From assembly GCA_965198005.1 (NCBI GenBank), contig CBDAOI010000004.1, forward strand, positions 224,001 to 288,000: 64,000 nucleotides of DNA, in the 5' to 3' direction. Position 1 is the stretch's first letter; each line of letters begins with the position of its first letter. The notes under the pieces are model-generated. The model was not told the DNA's origin. It was given only the letters and a program-made list of their open reading frames with translations, and did no database searches. Positions 46,727 to 56,902 of the stretch are shown here, one piece after another. The DNA is from Spirochaetia bacterium (GTDB taxonomy: Bacteria > Spirochaetota > Spirochaetia > SZUA-6 > Bin103). The translations under genes and the position numbers were made by a program.

Positions 46727-48274
46727 ATGGTCCTACCTTTCCGGCCCCATGCCTCACCCGGGGTCATCCAAGCGCTGGGGGAACGGGTCCTTCCGCCCTA
46801 CGAAGCGCATTTGAACGATCAGGGCTGTTCACCCGGCCTCTTGCACCGGTCGACAGCCACAGCCCGCCACATGATTGCGTGGCTGACGATCAACGAATCG
46901 GAGGTTGCGACACTCGACATCCGCGGCGTGTACCGCTTCCTGCGCCACGACTGCCACTGCCCAGCCGATGTCCGCAACCAGTCGGCCGCGCCGTCACCAT
47001 GGCACGCGCATCGTTTCCTCGGTTACTTGCTCGAAACCGGGCAGGCCGCGGTTCCCGCCTCGATCGTCACGGGCGGCGGACTGGTGGAAGCGTTTGCGGC
47101 CACCCTGGTGGCTCAAGGCTACCGGGAAGGGACCGTTCGCGGGGTGCGCAGCTCCTGTCGCCACCTCGTCGTCTGGCTGTACCGTTCGGAGCTCGCGTTG
47201 GGAGAGATCGAGGACCGCGTTCTGCAGCGGTTTCTCGACCATCGCTGCGATTGCGAGCACCCTGGATTCTTCGGCCGGTCCAGTGCATTCGCTGGAAGCC
47301 GCCGCACCCAGGCGGAGATCGCCAAGTTTGCCAGCTTCCTGATCGACCGGGATGTGGTTGCCGACTGGCGGGAGCCACTGCCGAAGGCCAGCGGCGGGGC
47401 CCATACCGACGCCTTCCTCCGCTGGCTGCGCCAGCACCGTGGTGTCCGCGACACCACCCTGAAGGCATACCGCCAATCCCTGCAAGCCCTGTTGCCGTTG
47501 CTGGGCGATGCCCCGGGCGCCTATGACGCCGCGTCGATCCGCGCGGTCATCCTGGGCCGTGCACAGTCCGGCTCCCGCAACACGGCCGAGGGCAGTGCCC
47601 TGCGATCGTACCTGCGCTTCTTGGCAGTCCAGGGGCTGTGCCGTCCGGGGCTCGTTGCTGCGGTCCCTACGATCCCGCGTCGGACCGCCTCGCAGTTGCC
47701 CCGGTATGTCGAGCAGGAAGACATCGAGGCCCTGATCGCGAGCTGCGACACCGCCACTTCCATCGGATTACGGGATCGGGCCGTCCTGCTGCTGCTGCTG
47801 CTGGCACGGCTCGCTCTGCGCCCCGGAGAAGTTGCCGCCTTGAGGCTCGACGACATCGACTGGGAGCAGGCGTTGGTCGCGGTCAGCGGGAAGTCGCGCC
47901 GCAGCGCAGCGCTGCCGTTGCCGCAGGAGACCGGGGACACCCTCAAGGACTACATCCTGCGAGCGCGACCGCGCACCGCCTGCCCGACGGTGCTTCCGCG
48001 ATTCCGTGCTCCGCACGGCTGCCTGTCCGCCTCCGCGGTCAGCGCAATCGTGCGCCGGGCCATGCAGCGGGCCGGGATCGACGGCGAGGGCCTCCCGGCC
48101 GCCTACGTGTTCCGTCACTCGAGAGCCACCCATCTGCTGCGCAGCGGAGCTGCGCCGGAGGCCGTCGGCGCCCTCCTGCGCCACCAGTCGGTGAAGACGA
48201 CCGCACTCTACGCTCGCGTGGATGCTCCGATGCTGCTCGCTGTGGCGCAGCCCTGGCCGGGGGAACCCCGATGA
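46727..48274 (+). CDS. Tyrosine recombinase RitA-like
   Basis: RDRAVL..LALRPGEV, FRHSRAT, LLRHQSVKTTALYA. Confidence 0.9.
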   Translation: MVLPFRPHASPGVIQALGERVLPPYEAHLNDQGCSPGLLHRSTATARHMIAWLTINESEVATLDIRGVYRFLRHDCHCPADVRNQSAAPSPWHAHRFLGYLLETGQAAVPASIVTGGGLVEAFAATLVAQGYREGTVRGVRSSCRHLVVWLYRSELALGEIEDRVLQRFLDHRCDCEHPGFFGRSSAFAGSRRTQAEIAKFASFLIDRDVVADWREPLPKASGGAHTDAFLRWLRQHRGVRDTTLKAYRQSLQALLPLLGDAPGAYDAASIRAVILGRAQSGSRNTAEGSALRSYLRFLAVQGLCRPGLVAAVPTIPRRTASQLPRYVEQEDIEALIASCDTATSIGLRDRAVLLLLLLARLALRPGEVAALRLDDIDWEQALVAVSGKSRRSAALPLPQETGDTLKDYILRARPRTACPTVLPRFRAPHGCLSASAVSAIVRRAMQRAGIDGEGLPAAYVFRHSRATHLLRSGAAPEAVGALLRHQSVKTTALYARVDAPMLLAVAQPWPGEPR

Positions 48275-49197
48275 CGCTGGCCGACCACGTTCTGACCTAT
48301 GCCGCGTTCAAGCGCGCCACCGGCCTGGCCTTCCGGGAACAGGAGCGGCTGCTGGCCAGCTTCGCCCGGCACGCCGAAGCGCGGGGCGAGCGAAGCGTGC
48401 GCGTCGAGACTTGTCTCGACTGGGCGTCGCAGTCTGCGTCACCGCATAAAAAACAACAGCGGCTGCACCTCGTCTGCGGGCTGGCAGCCTACTTGCATGC
48501 CGAGGACGAACGCCACGAGGTGCCCCACCGCGATGCACTCGGTCGCCAGAGGTATCACCGCCCGCCGCCGCGGCTCCTGTCGCTGGAGCAGATCTGCCAA
48601 GTCATGGATGCGGCGCTGGAGCTGCCTCCCGCCGGCTCCATCACCCCCGTGACCTTCCATTACCTGATCGGGCTGGTCGCGGCGACCGGCCTGCGCCGCG
48701 CGGAAGCCACGGGCCTGCGGCTCGATGACGCCGCTGCGGACGGATTGCAGATCCGCCACGCGAAAGGCGGCAAGCAGCGGCTCGTGCCCCTCCACGGGAG
48801 CGTGCGGACCGCACTGAACCGGTATCTGCAGATCCGCGGGCGATGCGGCAGCCCCAGCGACCGTCTCTTCGTGCTCGCCGGCGGCCGGCCCGTCCAACCG
48901 GACTACCTGTCCCATACCTTTGTCCGACTCGCGCGCCAGATCGGCCTGCGTGGGGGCCCGGGCGAGCCCGGCCCGCGCCTGCATGACCTTCGTCACAGCT
49001 TCGCGACGCGTGCCCTGGAGACCGCTGTGTCCGGCGGTCGGGCAGAGACCAGCCGGCACCTGCTCGCGCTGTCCACCTATCTCGGCCATGCCAACGCCAC
49101 TGATACCTACTGGTACCTCGAGGCAACCCCGGTCCTGCTGAACCAAGTGTCGGCAGCCACCGAAAGACTGCATGCGGGGAGGGGGGACGATGACTGA
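48271..49197 (+). CDS. Tyrosine recombinase RitB-like
   Basis: TGLRRAEA, RLHDLRHSFA, LSTYLGH..TYWYL. Confidence 0.92.
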   Translation: MTLADHVLTYAAFKRATGLAFREQERLLASFARHAEARGERSVRVETCLDWASQSASPHKKQQRLHLVCGLAAYLHAEDERHEVPHRDALGRQRYHRPPPRLLSLEQICQVMDAALELPPAGSITPVTFHYLIGLVAATGLRRAEATGLRLDDAAADGLQIRHAKGGKQRLVPLHGSVRTALNRYLQIRGRCGSPSDRLFVLAGGRPVQPDYLSHTFVRLARQIGLRGGPGEPGPRLHDLRHSFATRALETAVSGGRAETSRHLLALSTYLGHANATDTYWYLEATPVLLNQVSAATERLHAGRGDDD

Positions 49198-50014
49198 GCT
49201 CGCAGGGCCGCTGGCGGCCTTCCTCCAGGAGCACCTGCCGCGCGACCGCGGCGCCAGCCCGCATACCGTGGCGGGCTACGCCGCCAGCTTCAAGCTGCTG
49301 GCGGTCTTCGCGGCGGAGCGTCACAAGCTCCGGCCGTGCCGGCTGCAGGTCGGACATCTCGACATCCCGACGCTGCTCGCCTTTCTCAACCACCTCGAGA
49401 CGGACCGCGACAACGGCGTGCGGACCCGCAACGCCCGCTTGTCTGCGATCAAGTCCTTCTTCCGCTACCTGGAGTTCCGCCACCCGGAATGCTTGGATCT
49501 GGCGGCACAAGTGCATGCGCTGCCCCAAAAGAAAGCCGATCTGCCCCCGCTCGACTACCTCGACCGCGACGAGGTCCGGGCGCTGCTCGAGGCCCCCGCC
49601 ACCCACACGGTCACCGGCCTGCGGGATCGCGCCATGCTGTGCCTGGCCTACAATGCCGGCCTGCGCGTCTCGGAACTGGTCGGCCTGGCCCTGGACGACC
49701 TCCAGGCACCGGGACTCGACCGCATCCGGATCCTGGGCAAGGGCCGCCGCGGCCGCGTCCTGCCGCTGTGGAAGGAAACCCGCGGCGCGCTGCGCACTTG
49801 GCTCGGTGTCCGGCCGGACTGCCCCGACCGGCATCTGTTCCTGAACGCCTTCAAAACCGGCCTGACGCGACGCGGCTTCGCCAAGAGACTCGCCTTGCAC
49901 GCCAAGGCCGCGGCACGCGCAGTACCTTCGATCGCGGGCAAGGCCATCACGCCACACGCCCTGCGCCACGCCTGCGCACTTCATACGCGTTATGGGAACC
50001 TGCTCAGCCCCTAA
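49190..50014 (+). pseudogene. Tyrosine recombinase RitC-like, truncated before the catalytic Tyr
   Basis: GLRVSEL, TPHALRHACA, then breaks at about 49988 into the inverted repeat. Confidence 0.88.
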
Positions 50015-51379
50015 CCGCTTGCCACGCAACGGCTCATGGCGCCCAGGTTCCCATATTAGCGGGGGGCCCATAATGGCTGTTACCGGAACGTTCCGATAAC
50101 AGCCACTTCTTTATCAGCCGCAGCACCCGCCGATCTCCAATCCGATGCTCCAGGAATCTGATCAACCAGTCCCGCGAGATCGTGTCGAAGTAGGCGCGAA
50201 TGTCCGCGTCCAATATCCAGTTCACTTTGCGCCGTTCGATGGCGTAGGCCAGTGCGTCCAACGCATCGTGTGCCCCGCGCCCCGGTCGAAACCCATAGCT
50301 GATCCCGAGAAATTCCTCCTCATAGATCGGTGTCAGGATCACATCCACCACGGCCTTCTGGACGATCTTGTCCTCCAGCGCGGCCACCCCCAGCGGTCGT
50401 GTGCCTCCGTCCGGCTTGTCGATGTTGACCCGCCGTACCGGGGTCGCTCGGTACGCTCCTGTGTGTACTCGCCGGTGCAGGTCGTGCAAGCGCACTTCCA
50501 ACCCCGTCTCGTACTCCCGCCACGTCATCCCGTCCACCCCCGGGGCCGCTTCACGCTTCAGCGCGTAATAGGCCACCCGCAGCGCTTCCGGCGTCACGTG
50601 GTGCAGCAGCGCAGTGAGTTTCTCCTGCGGTTCTCTCTTTACGAATTGCCGTATCCGCTCGGCCGCCTGTGTCACGGTTGCCCGACTCTGCGTCCGGCCC
50701 GTGCTTTGACCTTGCGAATTCCCGTTGGTCATGGGCCTTCGCTCCACCGTCTCCGCAGTCGCTTGCGCTCCCTTGTTCGCCGGCTTCGCCGCTACTATGC
50801 CCATGTCCGACTCCTTCGGGTCGTTCATCTTTGGTCCAGCCTCACGCCTTCCCTCCGCGGTCCCGGCGACGACTCGCCGGGACGACCCGAAGACCTCCCA
50901 GGTCCCGGTATATGACGTACGCACGTGCCTGAGTTCTTCGACGCCGTGGAGCCCGGTCGATCCTCACCATACTGGCTCGACCGGTGTTGCCTTCGACCGA
51001 GTACAGAGTCTCGGCACTCCAGATGTCGTATTTTGCGGCGCTCCATAACTCTGCCCGCACGCACCGCTGCCGACGCTTCGCCTGCACCCTCGCAGGTGCC
51101 AACGCACGGCTCGCGGAGAAACGTGGATTGGCTGCTCCTTCGTTCCGAGGGACTTTCACCCTCTGTCATATGCCAGTTAGCCTGGCGCTCATACCCAGGG
51201 CACCCCCCGGAATCCCGCAAAATGCCCGTCAAAGCCGTTTCCCACCACCGCCGACACCGCTGACACCGCGCGGTCCGCCACCCGGCTCCCGTGTGCCACC
51301 TCGAACATCAATCCGAGACCGGCACTGATCAGCGCTTGCAGGTCAGGAACGACGTGAGGTGCGGGCTGCGGAACCCCCC

Positions 51380-51661
51380 TCAGTCGCGCCCATACCCGCG
51401 CGGCGGCTCGACGCTCTCCAGTTCGGCAAGATCAAGCCCGCACATCGCCTCCAGCCGCTGTGCGACCGCGGACTCCTGGAGACTGTCGGGCAAGTGGTCG
51501 AGCCACGCTTGATACTCACCCTGGAGGTCGAGCAGGGTGCCCACCGCATCCTGCCAGCGCTGCGGTCGGGACCTGCGGTCTTGCGGCCTGCGGTACTGCA
51601 CCCGGGGCTGCGCTGCCTTGCGGCGCTCTCGATAGCGCCGTTCCGCGTTACTTACCGCCAC
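51380..51661 (-). CDS. Hypothetical protein
   Basis: GGGAAG RBS with GTG start; basic N-terminus, YQAWLDHLPDSL...PPRGYGRD. Confidence 0.65.
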   Translation of the reverse strand: MAVSNAERRYRERRKAAQPRVQYRRPQDRRSRPQRWQDAVGTLLDLQGEYQAWLDHLPDSLQESAVAQRLEAMCGLDLAELESVEPPRGYGRD

Positions 51662-51828
51662 TGCTCTACTTCCCGTTACGCTCCGTTACGTAACAGGTTA
51701 AAAGTTCGGATTTCCGTGCACCGGTGCCGGTTCGCGCCGAGCAGTCTCACCGCGCCTCCTGCCGGGTCTCCGGTCGCTCCCGTGAGCGGCGGGGACGACG
51801 CTTCCCGCGCCCGGCCCACCTTCCCCCA

Positions 51829-53091
51829 TCAGGCGGTCAGCGGTCGCGGAGCCCGGTGCTGTGGATCAAACTGCGTGCGGTCACGCAGCATCGCGCACGC
51901 CACCGCGAGCAACCGGTCCGCGACCGTACGCAGCGCCCGGCCATGGCGCTGCCCGCGCGCGCGCAGCGCCGCATACCGCTCCCGACTCACCGGATCGTGC
52001 TGGATCGCCACCCGCGCCCAGTGATACATCGCGTTGCTCAGCCGCTGGTTGCAGGCACGGCGCATGCTCACCTGGCAACTCTTCCCCGACCGCTTGGTCA
52101 CCGGCGCCACCCCGGTCAGAATCCGCAACCTGTGGTAGTCTCGCTCAGCCAGCAACTGTGAGGCCTCCGCGAACAGCGTGGCGAGCACGATCCGACCGAC
52201 ACCGGGCATCGAACGCAGGATGACGGCGTCACGCTGCTCTTCTGGTTCACCCGAGTCGTCGGCGGCCACAATCTCGGCCAGCAGTTCGTCGAGCCGGCTG
52301 TGCGCCTGTTTGAGTTGCTGGTCGACCAGCTTCAGCCGGGCGATGACGCTCGCGATGTGCGCCGTAGCCGCCGCTATCGTCCCGCGGCCCACCTCAAGCG
52401 GCTGCTGCCGCAGGATGCGCAGCACACCGGCAGCAGCGTGGCGCCGGATGCGGTTGCGCTTCAGGATGGCCGCGACCGACGCCTTCCGGACCCGCGCTGC
52501 CTCCGCCGGCGTCGGCGCCTTCTCCCACAACTCCAGAACCCAGCCCGCGCCGAGGTCACCGCCCAGCTCGATCAGCTGCGGGTAGTAGCGGCGCAGTTGC
52601 TCGCGCATGCGATTGATCAGCCCGTTGCGTTCCTCCTGCAACTCGGCAGTCAGGCGCGACCATTCCCGCAACTCGATCACCGGCGGTGCCTGCACCTGCA
52701 ACTGACGAAAGCTGCGTCGGTCGGTGCGCAGCGAGTCTGCCAACACCCGCGCGTCGCGCCGGTCATCCTTGGCGCCGGCCACCGTAAACCGGTCACGAAA
52801 TCGATCCAGCTGCTTCGGATTGATCGCGTACACCTGCACCTCCCGCTCCAGCAGCATCTCGACCACCGCGCCATGCGGCACCTCGATCCCCGCGTGCACG
52901 CGCTCCGGGTGCCCGCCGGATAGCTCGTGCAACCACGCGCACAAGTCGGCGATGCCGGCGCCGCTATGGGCCACCTGCCGTTCCGCGACCACCTCCCCGT
53001 CACCCTCAAGCACACAGATCTGATGTTGCTGGGTCGCCCAATCGATACCCACGAACCACTGTTCGGTCTGTTCGGTCTGTTCGGTTGACAT
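51829..53091 (-). CDS. IS110-family recombinase
   Basis: DEDD residues FVGIDW, GIE, KDDRRDA; PGVG and APVTKRSG motifs; GGAGG RBS. Confidence 0.95.
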   Translation of the reverse strand: MSTEQTEQTEQWFVGIDWATQQHQICVLEGDGEVVAERQVAHSGAGIADLCAWLHELSGGHPERVHAGIEVPHGAVVEMLLEREVQVYAINPKQLDRFRDRFTVAGAKDDRRDARVLADSLRTDRRSFRQLQVQAPPVIELREWSRLTAELQEERNGLINRMREQLRRYYPQLIELGGDLGAGWVLELWEKAPTPAEAARVRKASVAAILKRNRIRRHAAAGVLRILRQQPLEVGRGTIAAATAHIASVIARLKLVDQQLKQAHSRLDELLAEIVAADDSGEPEEQRDAVILRSMPGVGRIVLATLFAEASQLLAERDYHRLRILTGVAPVTKRSGKSCQVSMRRACNQRLSNAMYHWARVAIQHDPVSRERYAALRARGQRHGRALRTVADRLLAVACAMLRDRTQFDPQHRAPRPLTA

Positions 53092-53119
53092 CCTGTCACC
53101 TCCCGAGATTGTGGAGCTC

Positions 53120-53305
53120 GGCTGCCACGATGTCGTTCCACCCCTGTACTGGTGCTCCGGTGCTCCGGTGCTCCTGGCACCTTCCCACCTGGCACTACTC
53201 CTCACTGGGTATCCATCGCGGCACTCCTACCGGGGCACATGTCCCCCCCGGGCGCTCTACGGCGCGGGGGGCTCAAGGTTGCTCCCGGTAGGCTGCCTTG
53301 CCCGC
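53120..53305 (-). ncRNA. Putative IS110 bridge RNA
   Basis: Two stems with internal loops (CCTACCGGG/CCCGGTAGG and TGCCGCGATG/CATCGTGGCA); the second loop carries two 9-nt matches to the element end at 53352-53371. Confidence 0.75.
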
Positions 53306-53416
53306 CTGGGATTCTAGCAGTCCCTGGCGAACTATCTAATCTCTATAAAGGGTACAGGGGGGACTCCTCACCATTTGTCAACCCCCGCGAAACGAATTCT
53401 TGGAACTCCCGCCGGG

Positions 53417-53962
53417 GGGGGCGCAGCGAGGCTAGCTGCTGAACTTGCGGGTGTAAGTCCCGCCGGCGCAAATCCCAGTGTGGCGCCGTAGTTATATCCG
53501 GCAGTCGACAGGGGCGACTCTGACGGCTGAAAGCCCGGAAGTAAACGTACTCAGGGGAGGGCGTGAGCCCGACCGACCAACCTAGGAGGCTAACAACCAG
53601 AAGGGCCGTAGCGAGAGCGAACGGACTAATCGCCGAAAACCTCCCCAGCGGGAAGTTGGTTGCTGGATCTCGGAGTGCCAAGGGTTTCCCCCTCCTACCC
53701 GATGGCCAGTGCTGCTGCGGAAGAAACTGGGAAGTGCACGCGGTAGGCTCCCGGCGGAAGTTGAAGGCGGCAATTCTGGATAGTTCAGCAGTGAAAGCCC
53801 GGAAGGTGTGCTGCTCAGGCAGGATGATCCTCGAATGCCAAGGACCGGACCTATAACCGCTGGATGGCGGGAAGTGGAACGGAGAGCAGCAGACTGGCGG
53901 ATGAGGCCACCAAGCGACGATGGCCGCGACAACATAACGCGGCTGGAGCGAGGGCCTCAGGG
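53417..53962 (+). mobile_element. 5' fragment (domain I region) of a different group II intron, cut by IS3 copy 2
   Basis: GGGCG..GGTGTAAGTCC start, structured non-coding sequence, GACAACATAAC motif; no RT ORF. Confidence 0.6.
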
Positions 53963-55397
53963 TGAGGTGGTCCTGGAAAATTGGACAGGAGGTTAAGGTG
54001 TATTCGAGGCCATGAGGAGGGCCAAGGAGATGGCGACGACACGACGTCGATTCACAGCGGAGTTCAAGGCACGGGTAGTGGTGGAAGCGTTGCGCGGTGA
54101 CCGCACGATCCAGGAGATCGGGGCCAAGCACCACGTCCATCCGAACCAGGTGAGCGGCTGGAAACGGCAAGCACAGGATGGTCTGCGGGAACTGTTCGCG
54201 GACGGCGCCAGCCGCCGGCAGGCGGATCACGAGGCGACCATCCACGAGTTGCACGCGAAGATCGGCGAGTTGACGGTGGAGCGGGATTTTTTAGCACGCG
54301 GGCTCAAGCTCTGAGACGGGACGAACGACGGAAGATGATTGAACGTGACTACGAGAACTTGAGCTTGAGCCGGCAGTGCACCCTGCTTGGACTGAGCCGC
54401 TCGGCGTTGTACTACACGCCGGTCGGCGAGAGCGCGGCGAACTTGGCGCTGATGCGGCGCATCGATGAGTTGTACCTGCAGTACCCGTTCTACGGCGCTC
54501 GGCAGATGGTACGCCATCTGGCGCGTGAGGGGGTGACCGTCGGTCGGCACCGGGTGCGGCGGCTGATGCGGCTGCTGGGCTTGGAGGCGATCTACCGCAA
54601 GCCGCGGCTCAGCGTCGCGAACCCGGAGCATCGGGTGTATCCCTATCTGCTGCGGGGGCTGACGATCGACCGCGCGAATCAGGTGTGGTGCGCGGATATC
54701 ACCTACATCCCGGTGCAGGGCGGGTTCCTGTACTTGGTGGCGATCATGGACTGGGCCAGCCGGCGGGTGCTGGCGTGGCGGCTGTCCAACACGTTGGACA
54801 CCCGGTTCTGTGTCGAGGCACTGGAGGAAGCGCTGGAGATGTACGGCAACCCGGAGATCTTCAACACCGATCAGGGGAGCCAGTTCACCAGCATCGCGTT
54901 CACGGAGCTGCTGGTGGCGGCGGGGATACGCTGTTCGATGGACGGTCGCGGTCGTTGCCTGGACAATGTGTTCATCGAGCGGCTGTGGCGGTCCCTGAAG
55001 TACGAAGCGGTCTACCTGCACGAGTTGGCGGACGGCTTCGTGGCGCAGCGGGTGATCGACGAGTGGATCGAGTTCTACAACGAGGTACGACCGCACTCGG
55101 CACTCGGTGGCCGGACGCCGTCCGAGGCCTACCGCGGCGTCGCGGCGCCCGGACGGGAGGTGGCGTAACGGACATGGGGAGCAGGTGGCAATTGCGGGTT
55201 CCGAGGTCAGAGGGCGAGCGGGTGTGCGATCCGGTGCGGGGAGTTATCCACAATGTCCACAGGATCAAGCCCCCCCTCCCCCAGACCCCCACCCCCTGTT
55301 ACCGCCACCTGTTTTTGACAGGGAGGGGTGGGTTGACAGACAACGGAATACACCTTAACTTACCCCCCGGGCTGTCCAACCAACCGGGACCACCTCA
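53963..55397 (+). mobile_element. IS3-family element, copy 2 (orfA 54030-54314; orfB 54335-55168 intact)
   Basis: Same inverted repeats and ORFs as copy 1 with a few substitutions. Confidence 0.95.
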
Positions 55398-55522
55398 GGT
55401 TGGCGCCCTCAGCGAGCCACTGGTCGCCGGCCGTGAGGGCCATCACGTGCGCCTTGGAGACCATGGGAACCACGCTGAAATCGAAATTGGCGAGGGTCTT
55501 GCCGGGTGGCAGGCGCGCCTGG
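55398..55522 (-). pseudogene. istB: IS21-family istB, 5' piece of a split gene
   Basis: Minus strand reads QARLPPGKTLANFDFSVVPMVSKAHVMALTAGDQWLAEGAN. Confidence 0.88.
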
Positions 55523-55613
55523 TTTGCGCGTATTGTCAAGCCCCGTTACATTGGGGAGCGTAACAACCGTGCCGGGCGACACAGAGACTAGGCACGACGT
55601 AAGGACGGTCGAA

Positions 55614-55859
55614 ATGAGCGACATTCTCCAGACCGAGAAGGACTATCTCAAGACCAAGCAAGCAGAGCTGGCCAAGGAGCACCCCGGCAAATACCTGGTG
55701 ATCCGGAAGGGAGAGGTGATCGGAGCGTACGATTCGTACGACGAAGCTGTCGAGGCGGCCGATTCTCTCGGTATTGGACCGTTCCTCGTCAGGTCGGTCC
55801 ACCGTCCCGAGGACGATCCAACACTCGTCGTACCAGCCCTGGCGCTTGGCCTCCTGTGA
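55614..55859 (+). CDS. Small DUF5678-like protein
   Basis: ELAKEHPGKYLVIRKGEVIGAYDS; GTGA overlap with the protease gene. Confidence 0.7.
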   Translation: MSDILQTEKDYLKTKQAELAKEHPGKYLVIRKGEVIGAYDSYDEAVEAADSLGIGPFLVRSVHRPEDDPTLVVPALALGLL

Positions 55860-56371
55860 TACTCAACAGCCGCTACGAACCGGGCAAAAGCAAGGCCAAC
55901 GGCGGCGACAAGATGCTCCCGCCCCGAGTGGGGCTGCGAGAATTCGGTCCCCGCGTCAGGGTCAGCGTTTCACCAGTCGGGCGTCCGGGAGCAAACCTAG
56001 TACATGGTCACGCGCTGGTGGATACAGGGGCGGCCATCACATGCATCGACCAGAACGCCGCCGAGAGAGCCGGCCTTACTGTCGTCGGGAGCGGACCCCT
56101 GTCTTCCGCTACCCACTCTCAAGAGACGGTCCCGATATTCGCCGGGAAACTGGATGTCGTGGGGTTCGGAGCCGTAACGCTCAGGCGTGCCTACGGGGTC
56201 AAACTCGCTTCACAGGACATGGCCGCGATCATAGGGCGGGATCTCATGGAAACTGTGCAATTTTGCCGGCATTGGGGTATGCACTTCCGGGCCGGCCATC
56301 GTGGCGGCGATTGCGTCCGGCGGATGCACCGGAGCGCCGTCGCAGCGAAGGGCGCTCTCAGGGTAGGTTGA
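55856..56371 (+). CDS. Retropepsin-like aspartyl protease
   Basis: ALVDTGAAITCI and IIGRDLM motifs. Confidence 0.8.
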   Translation: MILNSRYEPGKSKANGGDKMLPPRVGLREFGPRVRVSVSPVGRPGANLVHGHALVDTGAAITCIDQNAAERAGLTVVGSGPLSSATHSQETVPIFAGKLDVVGFGAVTLRRAYGVKLASQDMAAIIGRDLMETVQFCRHWGMHFRAGHRGGDCVRRMHRSAVAAKGALRVG

Positions 56372-56375
56372 GCGC

Positions 56376-56804
56376 ATGCCGGTCAAGGAAAGTCCCGACT
56401 TCGTCTATCCGATCACCGTGCGGCTGCACCACACCGACGCCGCGGGCGTTCTGTTCTGCTCACGGCTGCTGGAGCTGGCGCACGAGGCGTACGAGGCGCT
56501 GCTTGAGCGGGCCGGGCTGAGCGTGGCCCGGATCCTGGCGGACGGCGAGGTGCGCCTGCCGGTGGTGGCGGTGGAAGCGGAGTTCGCCCGGCCGATCCGC
56601 GTGGGCGACCGGTTGTTGGTGGAGCTCACCGTGACCCGGCACGGCGACCACTCCTACCAGGTGGCGTACCGCTTCCGCGACTCGGCTGGCGAGGAAACGG
56701 CTCGGGCGATAACCCGCCACGTAGCGCTGGACGGCACCCACGGAAGGCCGACCGCGTTGCCGGAGGCTCTCTGCCGCGTCGTGGATGGCGCCGCGTCAGG
56801 GTAG
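56376..56804 (+). CDS. Hotdog-fold acyl-CoA thioesterase (4HBT/DHNA-CoA type)
   Basis: VRLHHTDAAGVLF, AHEAYE, LPVVAVEAEFARP. Confidence 0.9.
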   Translation: MPVKESPDFVYPITVRLHHTDAAGVLFCSRLLELAHEAYEALLERAGLSVARILADGEVRLPVVAVEAEFARPIRVGDRLLVELTVTRHGDHSYQVAYRFRDSAGEETARAITRHVALDGTHGRPTALPEALCRVVDGAASG

Positions 56805-56902
56805 CTGACACAGCTCAGCTTCGACGTACGATACTTGCGATTGGCGGTCAGTCGTGGGTCTTCCAATCGCAGCGCAGGACGTGCTCGACGGTGGCCTTCA
56901 CG

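Larger units (their letters stand above)
46591..50105 (+). mobile_element. RIT (recombinase-in-trio) element
   Basis: Three overlapping tyrosine recombinase genes; direct CAGCCA at both ends; 92-bp inverted repeats. Confidence 0.88.
46364..51190 (-). mobile_element. Group II intron, copy 2, interrupted by a RIT element and internally deleted
   Basis: 51190-50100 and 46596-46364 are reverse complements of copy 1; about 590 bp including YADD is missing. Confidence 0.92.
35151..55397 (+). mobile_element. Composite element bounded by two direct IS3-family copies
   Basis: GGT at 35148-35150 and 55398-55400; the outer flanks rejoin in frame to restore istB. Confidence 0.88.
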
